The notes beneath the pieces are model-generated. The model worked only from the letters and a program-made list of their open reading frames with translations. It was not told the origin of the DNA and did not search any database. A DNA stretch of 64,000 bases, taken from Eubacteriales bacterium (GTDB taxonomy: Bacteria; Bacillota; Clostridia; Oscillospirales; CAG-382). A program made the position numbers and the translations under genes. This document shows positions 33,835 through 42,928 of the stretch, one piece after another. The DNA is taken from the NCBI GenBank assembly GCA_045587745.1, contig JAZNCU010000018.1, positions 3,434 to 67,433 of the forward strand. Reading direction: 5' to 3'. The number at the start of each line of letters is the position of its first letter. Positions within the stretch are counted from its first letter, which is position 1.

Positions 33835-35934
33835 TTACCGCCCGAGTCTTTTAAGATGCTCCCTTATACGCTCCTCGGCAATACCCGACAGCTCGCTTGC
33901 GTACTCCGACATACTGCAGGAGATAACGAGCCTGAGGCCGTGCTCGGCACTCGGAAACACGCTGACCGAGCCTTTTTCGAAATCAAATCCCGCACGTGAT
34001 CTGTGATGCTCCTCCCGTATGGCGGAGATCAGCGAAGGAATATCGTCACGGTCAACCTTGTAGTAGCTTCCCAATACCGAAAACCTCGGAAGCTCGCACA
34101 GCGCTGCCGACAGCGAGCGGCCCTCAGAATGCAGATGCGCCGCAACGGTCAGTATCACCGATATCCCGTTTTGGTATAGCCCGTCCTCCGATGCCCTTTT
34201 GCGTTCATCCGAATCGGAATCACCGTAAAAAACCGTGCTTATCCCCTTGCCGTCAAGAATACTCACAAGGCTGTCGGGTGCGTCGTTTGGCAGAAAGACC
34301 TCCCTGCGGTGCGAAAGCATACAGGCAAGCGCAAACAGCCGCCCGTGCGACACCTGCTCACCCGACTCGGTGATGGCGCAGGCCGTCCTGCCGTCCTCCG
34401 AAATGAAATAACAGTCCCCCGATTCGAAATCCGGCACTGCCGAAAGAAGCCTTGCGACCGCGATCAGCTCGCGGCTACATCTGTCGGGACAGCATACGCC
34501 GAGCAACATACCCTCCGTTTTCGGGAGCCTTTCGGATAAATAGCCCGCATACAGCCCGTAAAGACGGGACGGTGTGATTGTTTTAAGTCTTCCGTATGAT
34601 GACACGCTTTTGGGGGCGAGCTTTTTAAGCCTGCTTTCGCAAATCGGCATACCGTTGCGGTCAAATATTCTGATACGTTTATTTCCGTTTTTTTGGGAGA
34701 TATGAACCGAGCAGGAGCAGCCCAGCAGACCTGCCGAAAGTGCGCAGATTGCCTCGGAGCAATCTCCCAGATAACAGCAATCCGTGCCGCATTCACGCAC
34801 TCCCGTTGCTAAAAGACCTGCTTTTGAAGTACATTCGGCTCCCGAATAACCCACCGCAACGGGCAGCTCATCCGCAAGACATCTGCCGAGCGTGTAGGGA
34901 AGGTCCTCGCTGTCGCAAATAATACAGCCGTCGCCAAGCGTAAAACAGCTTCCCGACGAGGGGAACATAGCCCCTGCGCTGTTCCCGGATGCGGTTTCGC
35001 CCGGCATCAGCACACTGCCGGTGGAAAGACATACACCGTCGGGCAGAACGGCACCCGCACCTATAACACAGCCTGCAGGGATGATACAGCCGTCACCTAT
35101 ACGGGCATTCTCTGCCACGATGCAGCCCGTGAGGATACTTCCGCCGATATGCGCTCCGTCAAAAATTATGCTCCCGAAAATACTCGCTTTCTTTGATACA
35201 ACAGCAGAACCCGATATACAGTTCTCGCCGCCCGACAGCATCATATTGCAGTTATAATACTGCGAAAATGAGCCTATATCATACCAATATCCCTCGGGTA
35301 CGGTGCCTCTGATACGGATGCCCTTTTTGAGTAGCATAGGGAAAAAATCCCTTCCGAAATCGTAAAAAGTTCCTTTCGGTATCAGCTCAAGCAGATTTTT
35401 GGAAAGAATATAAATGCCCGTGTTTACGAGATCCGAGAGCAGGTCACGCAGAGATGGTTTTTCGCAGAAGGCGGTGATACAGCCCTCCTCGAGAATCACC
35501 GAGCCGTAAGAGCACACCGAGCTGCTTTTTGCGAGCACAACCGTTGCGCCGCAACCCGATTCGATATGCTCGTCAAGCAGTGCACGCAGGTCAAAATCGC
35601 ACACCGCATCGCCCGAGATAATAAGCACGTTATCACCGAGATGCCCGTACAGCTCACGCACGGCGCCTGCGCTCCCGAGCGGCTGTTCCTCACGGAAGCA
35701 GGTAAGATTTCCGCTTCCGTATTCAAACGCCTCAACCTGCTCGGGCAGGTACATCGTTGTAACTGCGGTATCAAGAAAACCGTTTTTTCGGATGAGGCTC
35801 ACAATTCTCGAAAAAACGCTCTCGCCGCACATCGGGAGCATTGGTTTTGGTATGGTTTCGGTGAGGGGCGACAGTCTCGTGCCAAAGCCGCCGGCAAGAA
35901 TAACCGAGTCAAAAGGTCTGTATATTTTTTCCAT
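33835..35934 (-). CDS. sugar-phosphate nucleotidyltransferase (NTP_transferase + left-handed beta-helix) fused to a PGM/PMM-like module
   Basis: ILAGGFGTRLSPLT..PKPM at the N-terminus and hexapeptide repeats in the middle. The C-terminal ~380 aa follow the phosphohexomutase layout, but the active-site loop reads VHISQKNGN instead of TASHNP. Start trimmed to ATG 35934. Confidence 0.75.
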   Translation of the reverse strand: MEKIYRPFDSVILAGGFGTRLSPLTETIPKPMLPMCGESVFSRIVSLIRKNGFLDTAVTTMYLPEQVEAFEYGSGNLTCFREEQPLGSAGAVRELYGHLGDNVLIISGDAVCDFDLRALLDEHIESGCGATVVLAKSSSVCSYGSVILEEGCITAFCEKPSLRDLLSDLVNTGIYILSKNLLELIPKGTFYDFGRDFFPMLLKKGIRIRGTVPEGYWYDIGSFSQYYNCNMMLSGGENCISGSAVVSKKASIFGSIIFDGAHIGGSILTGCIVAENARIGDGCIIPAGCVIGAGAVLPDGVCLSTGSVLMPGETASGNSAGAMFPSSGSCFTLGDGCIICDSEDLPYTLGRCLADELPVAVGYSGAECTSKAGLLATGVRECGTDCCYLGDCSEAICALSAGLLGCSCSVHISQKNGNKRIRIFDRNGMPICESRLKKLAPKSVSSYGRLKTITPSRLYGLYAGYLSERLPKTEGMLLGVCCPDRCSRELIAVARLLSAVPDFESGDCYFISEDGRTACAITESGEQVSHGRLFALACMLSHRREVFLPNDAPDSLVSILDGKGISTVFYGDSDSDERKRASEDGLYQNGISVILTVAAHLHSEGRSLSAALCELPRFSVLGSYYKVDRDDIPSLISAIREEHHRSRAGFDFEKGSVSVFPSAEHGLRLVISCSMSEYASELSGIAEERIREHLKRLGR

Positions 35935-36073
35935 AGAAGAACGCACCTGTCTTTTTGCTTTTATTTTTAGTTCAGGGCGCCGAAAATATACTATGCGAGT
36001 TGACAAAAAGAGGTAAAGCGGGTATTATATCATTATCCGGTATTATGCGGTCTTTTTTGAGGTGCAAATAACG

Positions 36074-37033
36074 ATGAGCTCCGATTTTTGCAAAAACGGT
36101 ACATTGAATATAAAATATCTCGCCCCCATCGGGTCAAAAAACGTCTTTGCCGTTACGGCAGGGATTTTTGACGGCGTGCATATCGGGCACAGGGCTTTGA
36201 TTGCCGAGGCAAAAAGACAGGCGGATGCGCTCGGGATACCCGTTTGCGTATTTACGTTTGACCGGGGCGGAAGCGCAAAGGGAAATCCCCCGCTCCTCAG
36301 CACCGGAGCGCAAACCGAGAGTCTGCTCCGTAAGTCGGGTGCCGATGCGGTGTGCTACGCTTCGTTTGATGAGCTTAAAAATATGTCGGGCAGGGATTTT
36401 TTGCAGGACGTTATACTCTCGGCACTGGGAGCAAAAGCTTTCGTTTGCGGAAACGATTATCGGTTTGGCAAAAACCGCGAGGGCGATACCGGGCTGCTCA
36501 GGTCAGTGCTGGAGGAAAATCAATGCCTCTGCACTGTGCTTGATACCGTAACCGACGGGGGAATACCCGTTTCGAGCACGCTGATACGCAGGCTGATAGC
36601 CGAGGGAAACATAGAATCGGCAAACAGGCTCCTCGGACGGCGATACTGCTTTGAAGCGGAGGTGGTGCACGGCGACGGAGTGGGAACACTGATCGGCTCA
36701 CCTACGCTGAATCAAAAATTCCCCGGCAGTATGCAGGCGCCGACTCAGGGCGTTTATGCCGTAGAATGCGAGATCGGAGACAAAGTCTTTTACGGTGTGA
36801 TGAACTACGGCGTCAAGCCTACGTTTGGCAATGGGCATCCTCCCGTTTGCGAGACGTATCTGTTCGGCTTTGACGGCAAAATTTACGGAATGACGGTCAG
36901 AACGAGTCTCGTTGCCTTTATACGGGGCGAGCAGGTGTTTGCCAACGCAAAAAGCCTTTCCGAAAGGATAAAAGCCGATTGCGACGAGGCAATGCGTATT
37001 CTGGGGCAAAAGGAGTTAGAATATGAAAATTAA
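36074..37033 (+). CDS. ribF: bifunctional riboflavin kinase / FMN adenylyltransferase
   Basis: GIFDGVHIGHRALI, then the C-terminal kinase block GVMNYGVKPTF. ATG 36074 follows GAGGTG. Confidence 0.9.
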   Translation: MSSDFCKNGTLNIKYLAPIGSKNVFAVTAGIFDGVHIGHRALIAEAKRQADALGIPVCVFTFDRGGSAKGNPPLLSTGAQTESLLRKSGADAVCYASFDELKNMSGRDFLQDVILSALGAKAFVCGNDYRFGKNREGDTGLLRSVLEENQCLCTVLDTVTDGGIPVSSTLIRRLIAEGNIESANRLLGRRYCFEAEVVHGDGVGTLIGSPTLNQKFPGSMQAPTQGVYAVECEIGDKVFYGVMNYGVKPTFGNGHPPVCETYLFGFDGKIYGMTVRTSLVAFIRGEQVFANAKSLSERIKADCDEAMRILGQKELEYEN

Positions 37034-38507
37034 AAAGGTGTTTATATATCTTTTGCTGTTGTGTATGACGGCTTCGATGTTTGCGGTTGAGAGTTCCGCC
37101 GCAGATGCGCCCGAGTCATCAACGGGCAACGCAATGATTGCATATTGCATTGACGACACTCAGTTTTTGTACGCACAGAGGGGTGACGAGTCGGTTGCGC
37201 CCACAGTTGCCACCAAGCTGATGGCGGCGATGGTTATTTACGATATTTTTACCGAGAACGGAAAATCCCTTGAGGATACTCCCGTTTCGATAACAGCCGA
37301 TTCGCTTCAGTCCATCGGTGCGGTTGGTGATATCAGCGCGCCGATGCTCGGGCTGTCGGCGGGCAGCACCTACTACGCCTCCGACCTTATGTCGGCAACA
37401 CTGGTTGCCTGTGCAAACGATGCCTGCTCAGCTCTTTCGTACTATGCCGCCGACACCTTTCTTTACGGCGGAATTACCGAGTTTATCGAGCGCATGAACG
37501 AAAAGGCGGAGTCGCTCGGTCTGACGAAGACCAACTTCGTCAACGTAACGGGACTTGATAACATTATGCAGACCTCAACACCCAAGGAGGTTGCTCTTAT
37601 CTCGGCGGCGTTCTACAAATACGATTATCTTGTAAAGCTGTCGGACGTCGAGTCCTTTAAGTTTAACGGCAGGACCGTTATTCGTAACAAAAACTACCTA
37701 CTTTCAAACTTTTTCGTTAACGGATTCCTTAACAAAAGCGCAATAGGACTTATTGCCGGACAGCGAAGCGCAAAGGGGGATTACTGCGTTATAACCGCCT
37801 CCGAGATTGACGGGCGCTCATATGTTTTTGTGGTTATGTGTGCATCGGGAATGATCGTTGATGCCGAGGGCAACCGCTCGTTTGATTCAAACAACGCCTA
37901 CGATGATATCAACAAGCTCATCGCCTGGACAAAAACCTCGTTTGAATATATGCTTGTTGCCGATACGGGGGACACCGTTGACGAAATAAGAGTGAATCTC
38001 GGCAGAGATTCCGACTACGTGCTCGTTGTTCCTGCCGAAAAGGTTGAGCGTCTGGTGCTGATAAATGCCGACGAGAGCAGTATCCAAAAAATAATCAAAT
38101 ACAACGATACCGTTTACCAAAGTGATTTTGAAGGGGCGTCGGTCAACACTGTAGATGCACCGATCACGCAAGGTCAGGTGCTCGGAACGGTCACCTATAC
38201 GTATAACGGTCTTGAGCTTGCAACAGTCGAGCTGGTTGCCAAAAGCTCTATCGAGGCAGGCGAGCTGCTGACCGCCCTCGACGGCATTAAGAGCTTCCTT
38301 ATGGGTGAGACGATGAAAACAATCATTATCATCCTCATATCGATAGTCGTTTTGTGGATACTCGTATCAATAGCTTCTGCGATTCTGCGTGCAGTAAAGA
38401 GTGCAAAGGGAAGCGGCTCGGGCTCGGGAGCAAAAAGGCAGGGCAAAAAAAGGCCCGCCGAGCAAAAACACGATTCAAATACCGACACAAAGCCGATGGG
38501 AAAATAG
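37023..38507 (+). CDS. PBP5/DacB-like D,D-carboxypeptidase homologue with substituted catalytic motifs; C-terminal TM anchor
   Basis: Signal peptide. S11-peptidase layout, but SxxK reads VATK, SxN reads CAN and KTG reads IAG (by-eye alignment to the Bacillus DacF pattern). C-terminal TM plus a Lys/Gly-rich tail. Confidence 0.75.
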   Translation: MKIKKVFIYLLLLCMTASMFAVESSAADAPESSTGNAMIAYCIDDTQFLYAQRGDESVAPTVATKLMAAMVIYDIFTENGKSLEDTPVSITADSLQSIGAVGDISAPMLGLSAGSTYYASDLMSATLVACANDACSALSYYAADTFLYGGITEFIERMNEKAESLGLTKTNFVNVTGLDNIMQTSTPKEVALISAAFYKYDYLVKLSDVESFKFNGRTVIRNKNYLLSNFFVNGFLNKSAIGLIAGQRSAKGDYCVITASEIDGRSYVFVVMCASGMIVDAEGNRSFDSNNAYDDINKLIAWTKTSFEYMLVADTGDTVDEIRVNLGRDSDYVLVVPAEKVERLVLINADESSIQKIIKYNDTVYQSDFEGASVNTVDAPITQGQVLGTVTYTYNGLELATVELVAKSSIEAGELLTALDGIKSFLMGETMKTIIIILISIVVLWILVSIASAILRAVKSAKGSGSGSGAKRQGKKRPAEQKHDSNTDTKPMGK

Positions 38508-38654
38508 AAGTGTGAACAGTTTGTGAACCAATGTTAAATTTTTATATTTAGTATTGCTTTTGCGACAGGCTTGTGATATTATTATTGGTACTTGCGGATT
38601 GCTTGCAATTCAGCACCGTTTCATCTTTTTGATTTTTGAAAGGAATTTATTATA

Positions 38655-39113
38655 ATGACACCTCTTGAATATGTAATTGGCGGTATTCTTCTTGCGCTTG
38701 CAATAGCTCTTGTTATCTGCATCGCTCTGCAGCAGAGCCAGAGACACGGTCTCGGCAGCTCTATCGCAGGCACCGGTGCTTCGGACTCTTATATGTCCAG
38801 AAACAAGATTGCCACCAAGGAAAAGAAGCTTAAAAAGACAACTCTGATCCTCGCTATCGTTTTTGCTGTACTGGTTCTGGCTCTTTACATCGTTCACTCC
38901 AGCGGCAACCAGTCCGGTGATACCTCCTCCACCGTTTCGTCTTCTACTTCTTCGACTACCTCTTCCACCACTTCCTCTACCACTTCCTCTACTACTTCCT
39001 CTGCTACCAGCGAGGCTGAGTCCGAGGCTGAGTCTGAGGCTGAGTCTGAGGCTGAGTCCGAGGCTGAGTCTGAGGCCGAGGAGTCTGCCGAGGAGTCCGT
39101 TGACGAGCAGTAA
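38655..39113 (+). CDS. secG: preprotein translocase subunit SecG with ~70-aa Ser/Thr- and SEAE-repeat C-terminal extension
   Basis: The first 80 aa are a typical two-TM SecG (GLGSSIAGTGAS loop). The tail is (SSTT)n followed by SEAESEAESEAESEAESEAESEAEE. Confidence 0.8.
   Translation: MTPLEYVIGGILLALAIALVICIALQQSQRHGLGSSIAGTGASDSYMSRNKIATKEKKLKKTTLILAIVFAVLVLALYIVHSSGNQSGDTSSTVSSSTSSTTSSTTSSTTSSTTSSATSEAESEAESEAESEAESEAESEAEESAEESVDEQ
39012..39077 (+). repeat. 12-bp coding tandem repeat GAGGCTGAGTCY (about 5.5 copies)
   Basis: Read directly from the sequence. Encodes the (EAES)n tail of SecG. Confidence 0.9.
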
Positions 39114-39157
39114 TCCGGCATATAACCGGTTATTACGGATAACCAAATAGCACTATG

Positions 39158-39190
39158 CTGTCGGTCCTTTATCGGGCCGACAGTTTTTTT
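39158..39190 (+). terminator. rho-independent terminator after secG
   Basis: CTGTCGG-(loop)-CCGACAG followed by TTTTTTT. Confidence 0.7.
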
Positions 39191-39253
39191 GCACAGCAAA
39201 AGGAGCCGCCGCAGGTCATTGACCGCAGCCGCTCCTTTTTTTGTTACAAAAAT

Positions 39254-40909
39254 CTATTTGATTGACAGAATTATCACCGGCGTGCCCTCGTCCTCGCTCG
39301 ATATTTCAAACTCAAGCTCATCACCGACGGCAACGAAGGGAAGCTCGGCAGAAACGCTTATATCCGCCTTGAATATCCTTCCGTCACCCTCTATTCGGAT
39401 GTAATAGCAGCTGTTGCCGTTCTCGACAGCGGCGGCTATTCCGCTGACGGTGCCCTTTACCGTTTCGGTAACAGGCTTTGAGTTGTCCTCGATATCTGCT
39501 CCATTTTCGGCAAGCTTTTTGCTGTAATTCTCTCTTGCCTCGCTCACGGTAGTACCGGTTGCAACAATCTGGTACTGCTGAACATCAACGAAGGCGTACA
39601 TCTTTACGAGCCCCGCATCGTCCTTGAGCGACATAAAGTAAGTAGGTCTGTCGGCAACGTTGAGAAGAATGGGGAAGGTAGATTCATACTTGAGGTTTTG
39701 CACCTGTCCCTCTGCTGAGCTCATCGCCGAAAATTCCTCGGCACCGGGTACTGCATAATACTTTGTTTCCTTGGTGCGGAGGTTTACGAGCACAAAGCCA
39801 ACGTTGGACTCGTCGCCCGCAACGCTCGTCATGCCTGTATACAGCCATACGTCATCACCGATAGTGATATAGTTGTAGCCGTCGGTGGTCTGCAGAACAC
39901 CCTTCTGACCGAAAATGGAGTTGAGGTAGCCCGATTGATACTGTCCGTTGTAGGTAAGCTGCTCGATCACAAGATCCGAAACAAATACCTGATCGACCCA
40001 CGCAGGGATATCCGAGCAGTCGTAGTACCGAGACTCGCCCGTAACGGCGTTTACGAGCACTGCGCCCGCAATGTCACGTCCGCTCCAAAGAGCGATCTCA
40101 TAGTGGACCGTAGGAGCGATCCAGAAGGGAGTGCCGTTTTCATCCACCTCAAGATGTATATCCTCAAAAATTTTCGTAGGATAATTAAAGCGCAGATAAC
40201 GGTTGATATTCCTCATAAAATACTCGCTCTCGGAATATTTTATACCCTTATCAAGGCGCACGAGCGTGGTTTCCTGAGTGGTCATATTCACCAGAATATA
40301 GCCCGGAATACCATCCTCACGGTTACCCAGCCATTTGAACAGATCGCCGTAAGCGAGATTCGTTATACGGTACGGCGAGCCGTGGTAATTGATTTGAATA
40401 TAATCCTCGGTTACCTCAAACTGCGAGACGAGATCCGACATCTCACCCAGCTTCCTGAGTCCGAGACGTGATGCCGAATCCCTGTCTACTATGGGGATCT
40501 GGGACATCGAGAGCTCGGCAACCTCGGAGCTGAAATCGCCCTCGGTACGGACGATAAGATCCTTGTATTGCCCCGAGAAGAAGAACGGGGAGCCCACTAT
40601 ATCGGCAACCAGACCGATAAGCAGGAGAGCGATGATAATGATAGCAATCCATTTTGTTACCTTGTCAAGGCTCTTTATACGCAGCTTCCCGTTAGAAAAA
40701 ATCTCCGTGGCACGATCACGGGTAAATATAAAAACGTTAAGGAAATAGATGATCAGCGCCGTAATGATTGCAAATGTCCAAAAATCCCTGCTTTGGAAAT
40801 GAATGGGCGGCAGCATAAACCAATAAATCAAAAAGATTATCAGTGCAGTCAGTATCGCTCTGACAGTAATGGCAAGCTTTGATTTTGTGTTAGCGTAAAT
40901 GTTTCTCAT
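39254..40909 (-). CDS. conserved-looking membrane protein of unknown function (3 N-terminal TM helices + large extracytoplasmic domain)
   Basis: ATG 40909 is 7 nt after AGGAGG (trimmed from 40957). 551 aa. No family recognised. Confidence 0.7.
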   Translation of the reverse strand: MRNIYANTKSKLAITVRAILTALIIFLIYWFMLPPIHFQSRDFWTFAIITALIIYFLNVFIFTRDRATEIFSNGKLRIKSLDKVTKWIAIIIIALLLIGLVADIVGSPFFFSGQYKDLIVRTEGDFSSEVAELSMSQIPIVDRDSASRLGLRKLGEMSDLVSQFEVTEDYIQINYHGSPYRITNLAYGDLFKWLGNREDGIPGYILVNMTTQETTLVRLDKGIKYSESEYFMRNINRYLRFNYPTKIFEDIHLEVDENGTPFWIAPTVHYEIALWSGRDIAGAVLVNAVTGESRYYDCSDIPAWVDQVFVSDLVIEQLTYNGQYQSGYLNSIFGQKGVLQTTDGYNYITIGDDVWLYTGMTSVAGDESNVGFVLVNLRTKETKYYAVPGAEEFSAMSSAEGQVQNLKYESTFPILLNVADRPTYFMSLKDDAGLVKMYAFVDVQQYQIVATGTTVSEARENYSKKLAENGADIEDNSKPVTETVKGTVSGIAAAVENGNSCYYIRIEGDGRIFKADISVSAELPFVAVGDELEFEISSEDEGTPVIILSIK

Positions 40910-41022
40910 ATCCGTACCTCCTGCCGTAATTATACCAACAAGTCGACCGAAAATCAAGACGTTAAGATGATTATTGCAACTTTGGTCAAAATATGTTATA
41001 TTGTTTACGAAAGAGGTGCGAT

Positions 41023-42855
41023 ATGAAAAAGCTGCTTATTATCACCAACCGCCCGTCGGATCTGTCCGAGACATTTGCTTCCTGCGCAAGCGCCGAGCTT
41101 GTAACGGTACTGCAGGCATTTGATACAAATCTTGACGTATACGATGCCATCGCTCTGCTCGGCGGCACCGAGGAGAATGCGGTCATTCTCCCCGCAGGTC
41201 TGCGTATAAAGCTCGAGTCGTTTGCCGACAGCAAAAAGCCGATGTTCCTCGAGTATATAAACAGTTTTAGATGCGTTTACTCTGCTCCCAAAAAGCAAAT
41301 ATCTCACCACAGGCTCATCAGTCTTACGGATAGTATTACCGGCATCGAAAAGGGAGGACTGCTTGACAGCCATTACTGCAGCTATGCACGTCCCTACTAT
41401 TCTATGCCGAATGCCGTCTCCCTGCTTGAATACCGTGACTACATCCCGTCGCACGATACGGCAGATACCGAGGGTGCGGGCGATACGGCGTTCTGGCAGG
41501 ACGGAAATCTGCTTTGCTGTGCGTTTAGGATGTGCAACTACGCCAAGGCGCGCTTTGCTCCGAGGCAGAGATGGGAATCGCTGGTAAAATATATTTGCTC
41601 CTTCCTCGGTGTGACCGAGTTTACTCTCCCCGAGTATCCCCTGCGTATGCCCGTCGGAGCCGAGGCAGAGCCCGATAAATGCATCGACCGTGCGCTGGGC
41701 TGGCTGGAGCAGTTTTTGGTGGGTGACGGAAGCGAGGGAATACGCGAGGGATTGAGTCACAACATTCTTCCAGACGGTACACAGCTCCACGCCACCAACA
41801 TCCGCACCGATTGCAGCGGAGAGGCGGCAGGTGCGTTTATATTCTCTGGCAACGAAAAGTATATCGGATACGCCGAGAGGCTTTTTGACTTTTGCTTTGA
41901 CAAGATGATGATAAAGGGCGGAGATTTTGACGGTATGCTCCGCTGGACCGAGGAGGCGTGGGAGGTTTGCTATCAGGATGACGTTGCACGCACCGTCATT
42001 CCCGCACTGCTTGCCTCGCGGTACGGGATTACAAAAAAATATCTTCCCGACGTATTCCGTGCCCTGAGATTTCTCGTCCGCTCGACCTGCAAGGACGGAC
42101 TGCGCCCCGCAAGGACCGATAATCTTGAGTTCATCCGTGAGAGCAAAAGCATCGAAACGCTCAAGGATGTCGAAAGCGGCTACCCCAGCGCACATTACAA
42201 CGCCTGGTACTCGGCGGCACTGCTTCTCGCCTATATGGAGGGCGGTGACGGTGAATTTTTGGAAACGGGTGTGAGAGGACTTGAGAGCCTGATGAAGCTC
42301 TATCCCGACACAACCCGTGAGCACAGCGAAACGAGCGAGATGTGCCGTCTCATATTCCCTCTTGCCGTGCTCTATGCCGCAACGGGAAAAAGAGAGCACA
42401 AGGATATGCTGATGCGTGTCACCGATGACCTGCAAAGGGTCAAGCACCCTTCGGGCGGCTACGCCGAGTGGGACACGGGATACAAGGCTGCCTGCTCAAA
42501 GGCGGTAGGCGGCGAGTGCTCGCTCCTTGGCGACAACGGCGATCCCGTTTGCGACCTGCTTTACAGCGTTAACTGGCTGCCGCTCGGATTTGCGTTTTCC
42601 TACGACGTTACGGGCGAGGAGAGATTTTTGGAGCTGTACGGCGAAATCGAGCGGTTTATCTGCTCCTGTCAGAGCATAAGCGAGAATCCTCTGCACAGCG
42701 GCTGCTGGGGACGCGGATTTGATATGGACAGATACGAAAACTACGGCATCCCGCACGACGTAGGCTGGGGTCCCTGTGCGGCAGAAAGCGGCTGGACGGT
42801 ATCCGAGCTGGCAATGGGACTCGAAATAGGAAGGCTGATAAAAACCGCCGAATAA
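41023..42855 (+). CDS. hypothetical cytoplasmic protein, 610 aa, function unknown
   Basis: ATG 41023 follows AGAGGTG. Coding-like composition and no signal peptide. The 480-aa minus ORF 41005..42447 is Arg/His/Cys/Gly-rich antisense. Confidence 0.7.
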   Translation: MKKLLIITNRPSDLSETFASCASAELVTVLQAFDTNLDVYDAIALLGGTEENAVILPAGLRIKLESFADSKKPMFLEYINSFRCVYSAPKKQISHHRLISLTDSITGIEKGGLLDSHYCSYARPYYSMPNAVSLLEYRDYIPSHDTADTEGAGDTAFWQDGNLLCCAFRMCNYAKARFAPRQRWESLVKYICSFLGVTEFTLPEYPLRMPVGAEAEPDKCIDRALGWLEQFLVGDGSEGIREGLSHNILPDGTQLHATNIRTDCSGEAAGAFIFSGNEKYIGYAERLFDFCFDKMMIKGGDFDGMLRWTEEAWEVCYQDDVARTVIPALLASRYGITKKYLPDVFRALRFLVRSTCKDGLRPARTDNLEFIRESKSIETLKDVESGYPSAHYNAWYSAALLLAYMEGGDGEFLETGVRGLESLMKLYPDTTREHSETSEMCRLIFPLAVLYAATGKREHKDMLMRVTDDLQRVKHPSGGYAEWDTGYKAACSKAVGGECSLLGDNGDPVCDLLYSVNWLPLGFAFSYDVTGEERFLELYGEIERFICSCQSISENPLHSGCWGRGFDMDRYENYGIPHDVGWGPCAAESGWTVSELAMGLEIGRLIKTAE

Positions 42856-42860
42856 AGAAA

Positions 42861-42896
42861 AACACCCGATTTACCGAAAAAGGCAGATCGGGTGTT
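42861..42896. terminator. bidirectional terminator
   Basis: AACACCCGAT-(16 nt)-ATCGGGTGTT followed by TTATTATT. Confidence 0.7.
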
Positions 42897-42928
42897 TTAT
42901 TATTACTTTAACAGCTCCAAAAGCGGCG

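Noticed and set aside
38610-39199. Low-complexity ORFs (Arg/Ser/Gly/Leu repeats) overlapping the secG tail in other frames and on the other strand
   Set aside because: They are generated by the 12-bp tandem repeat and the Ser/Thr tract. Only the SecG frame has an RBS and a recognisable N-terminal domain.
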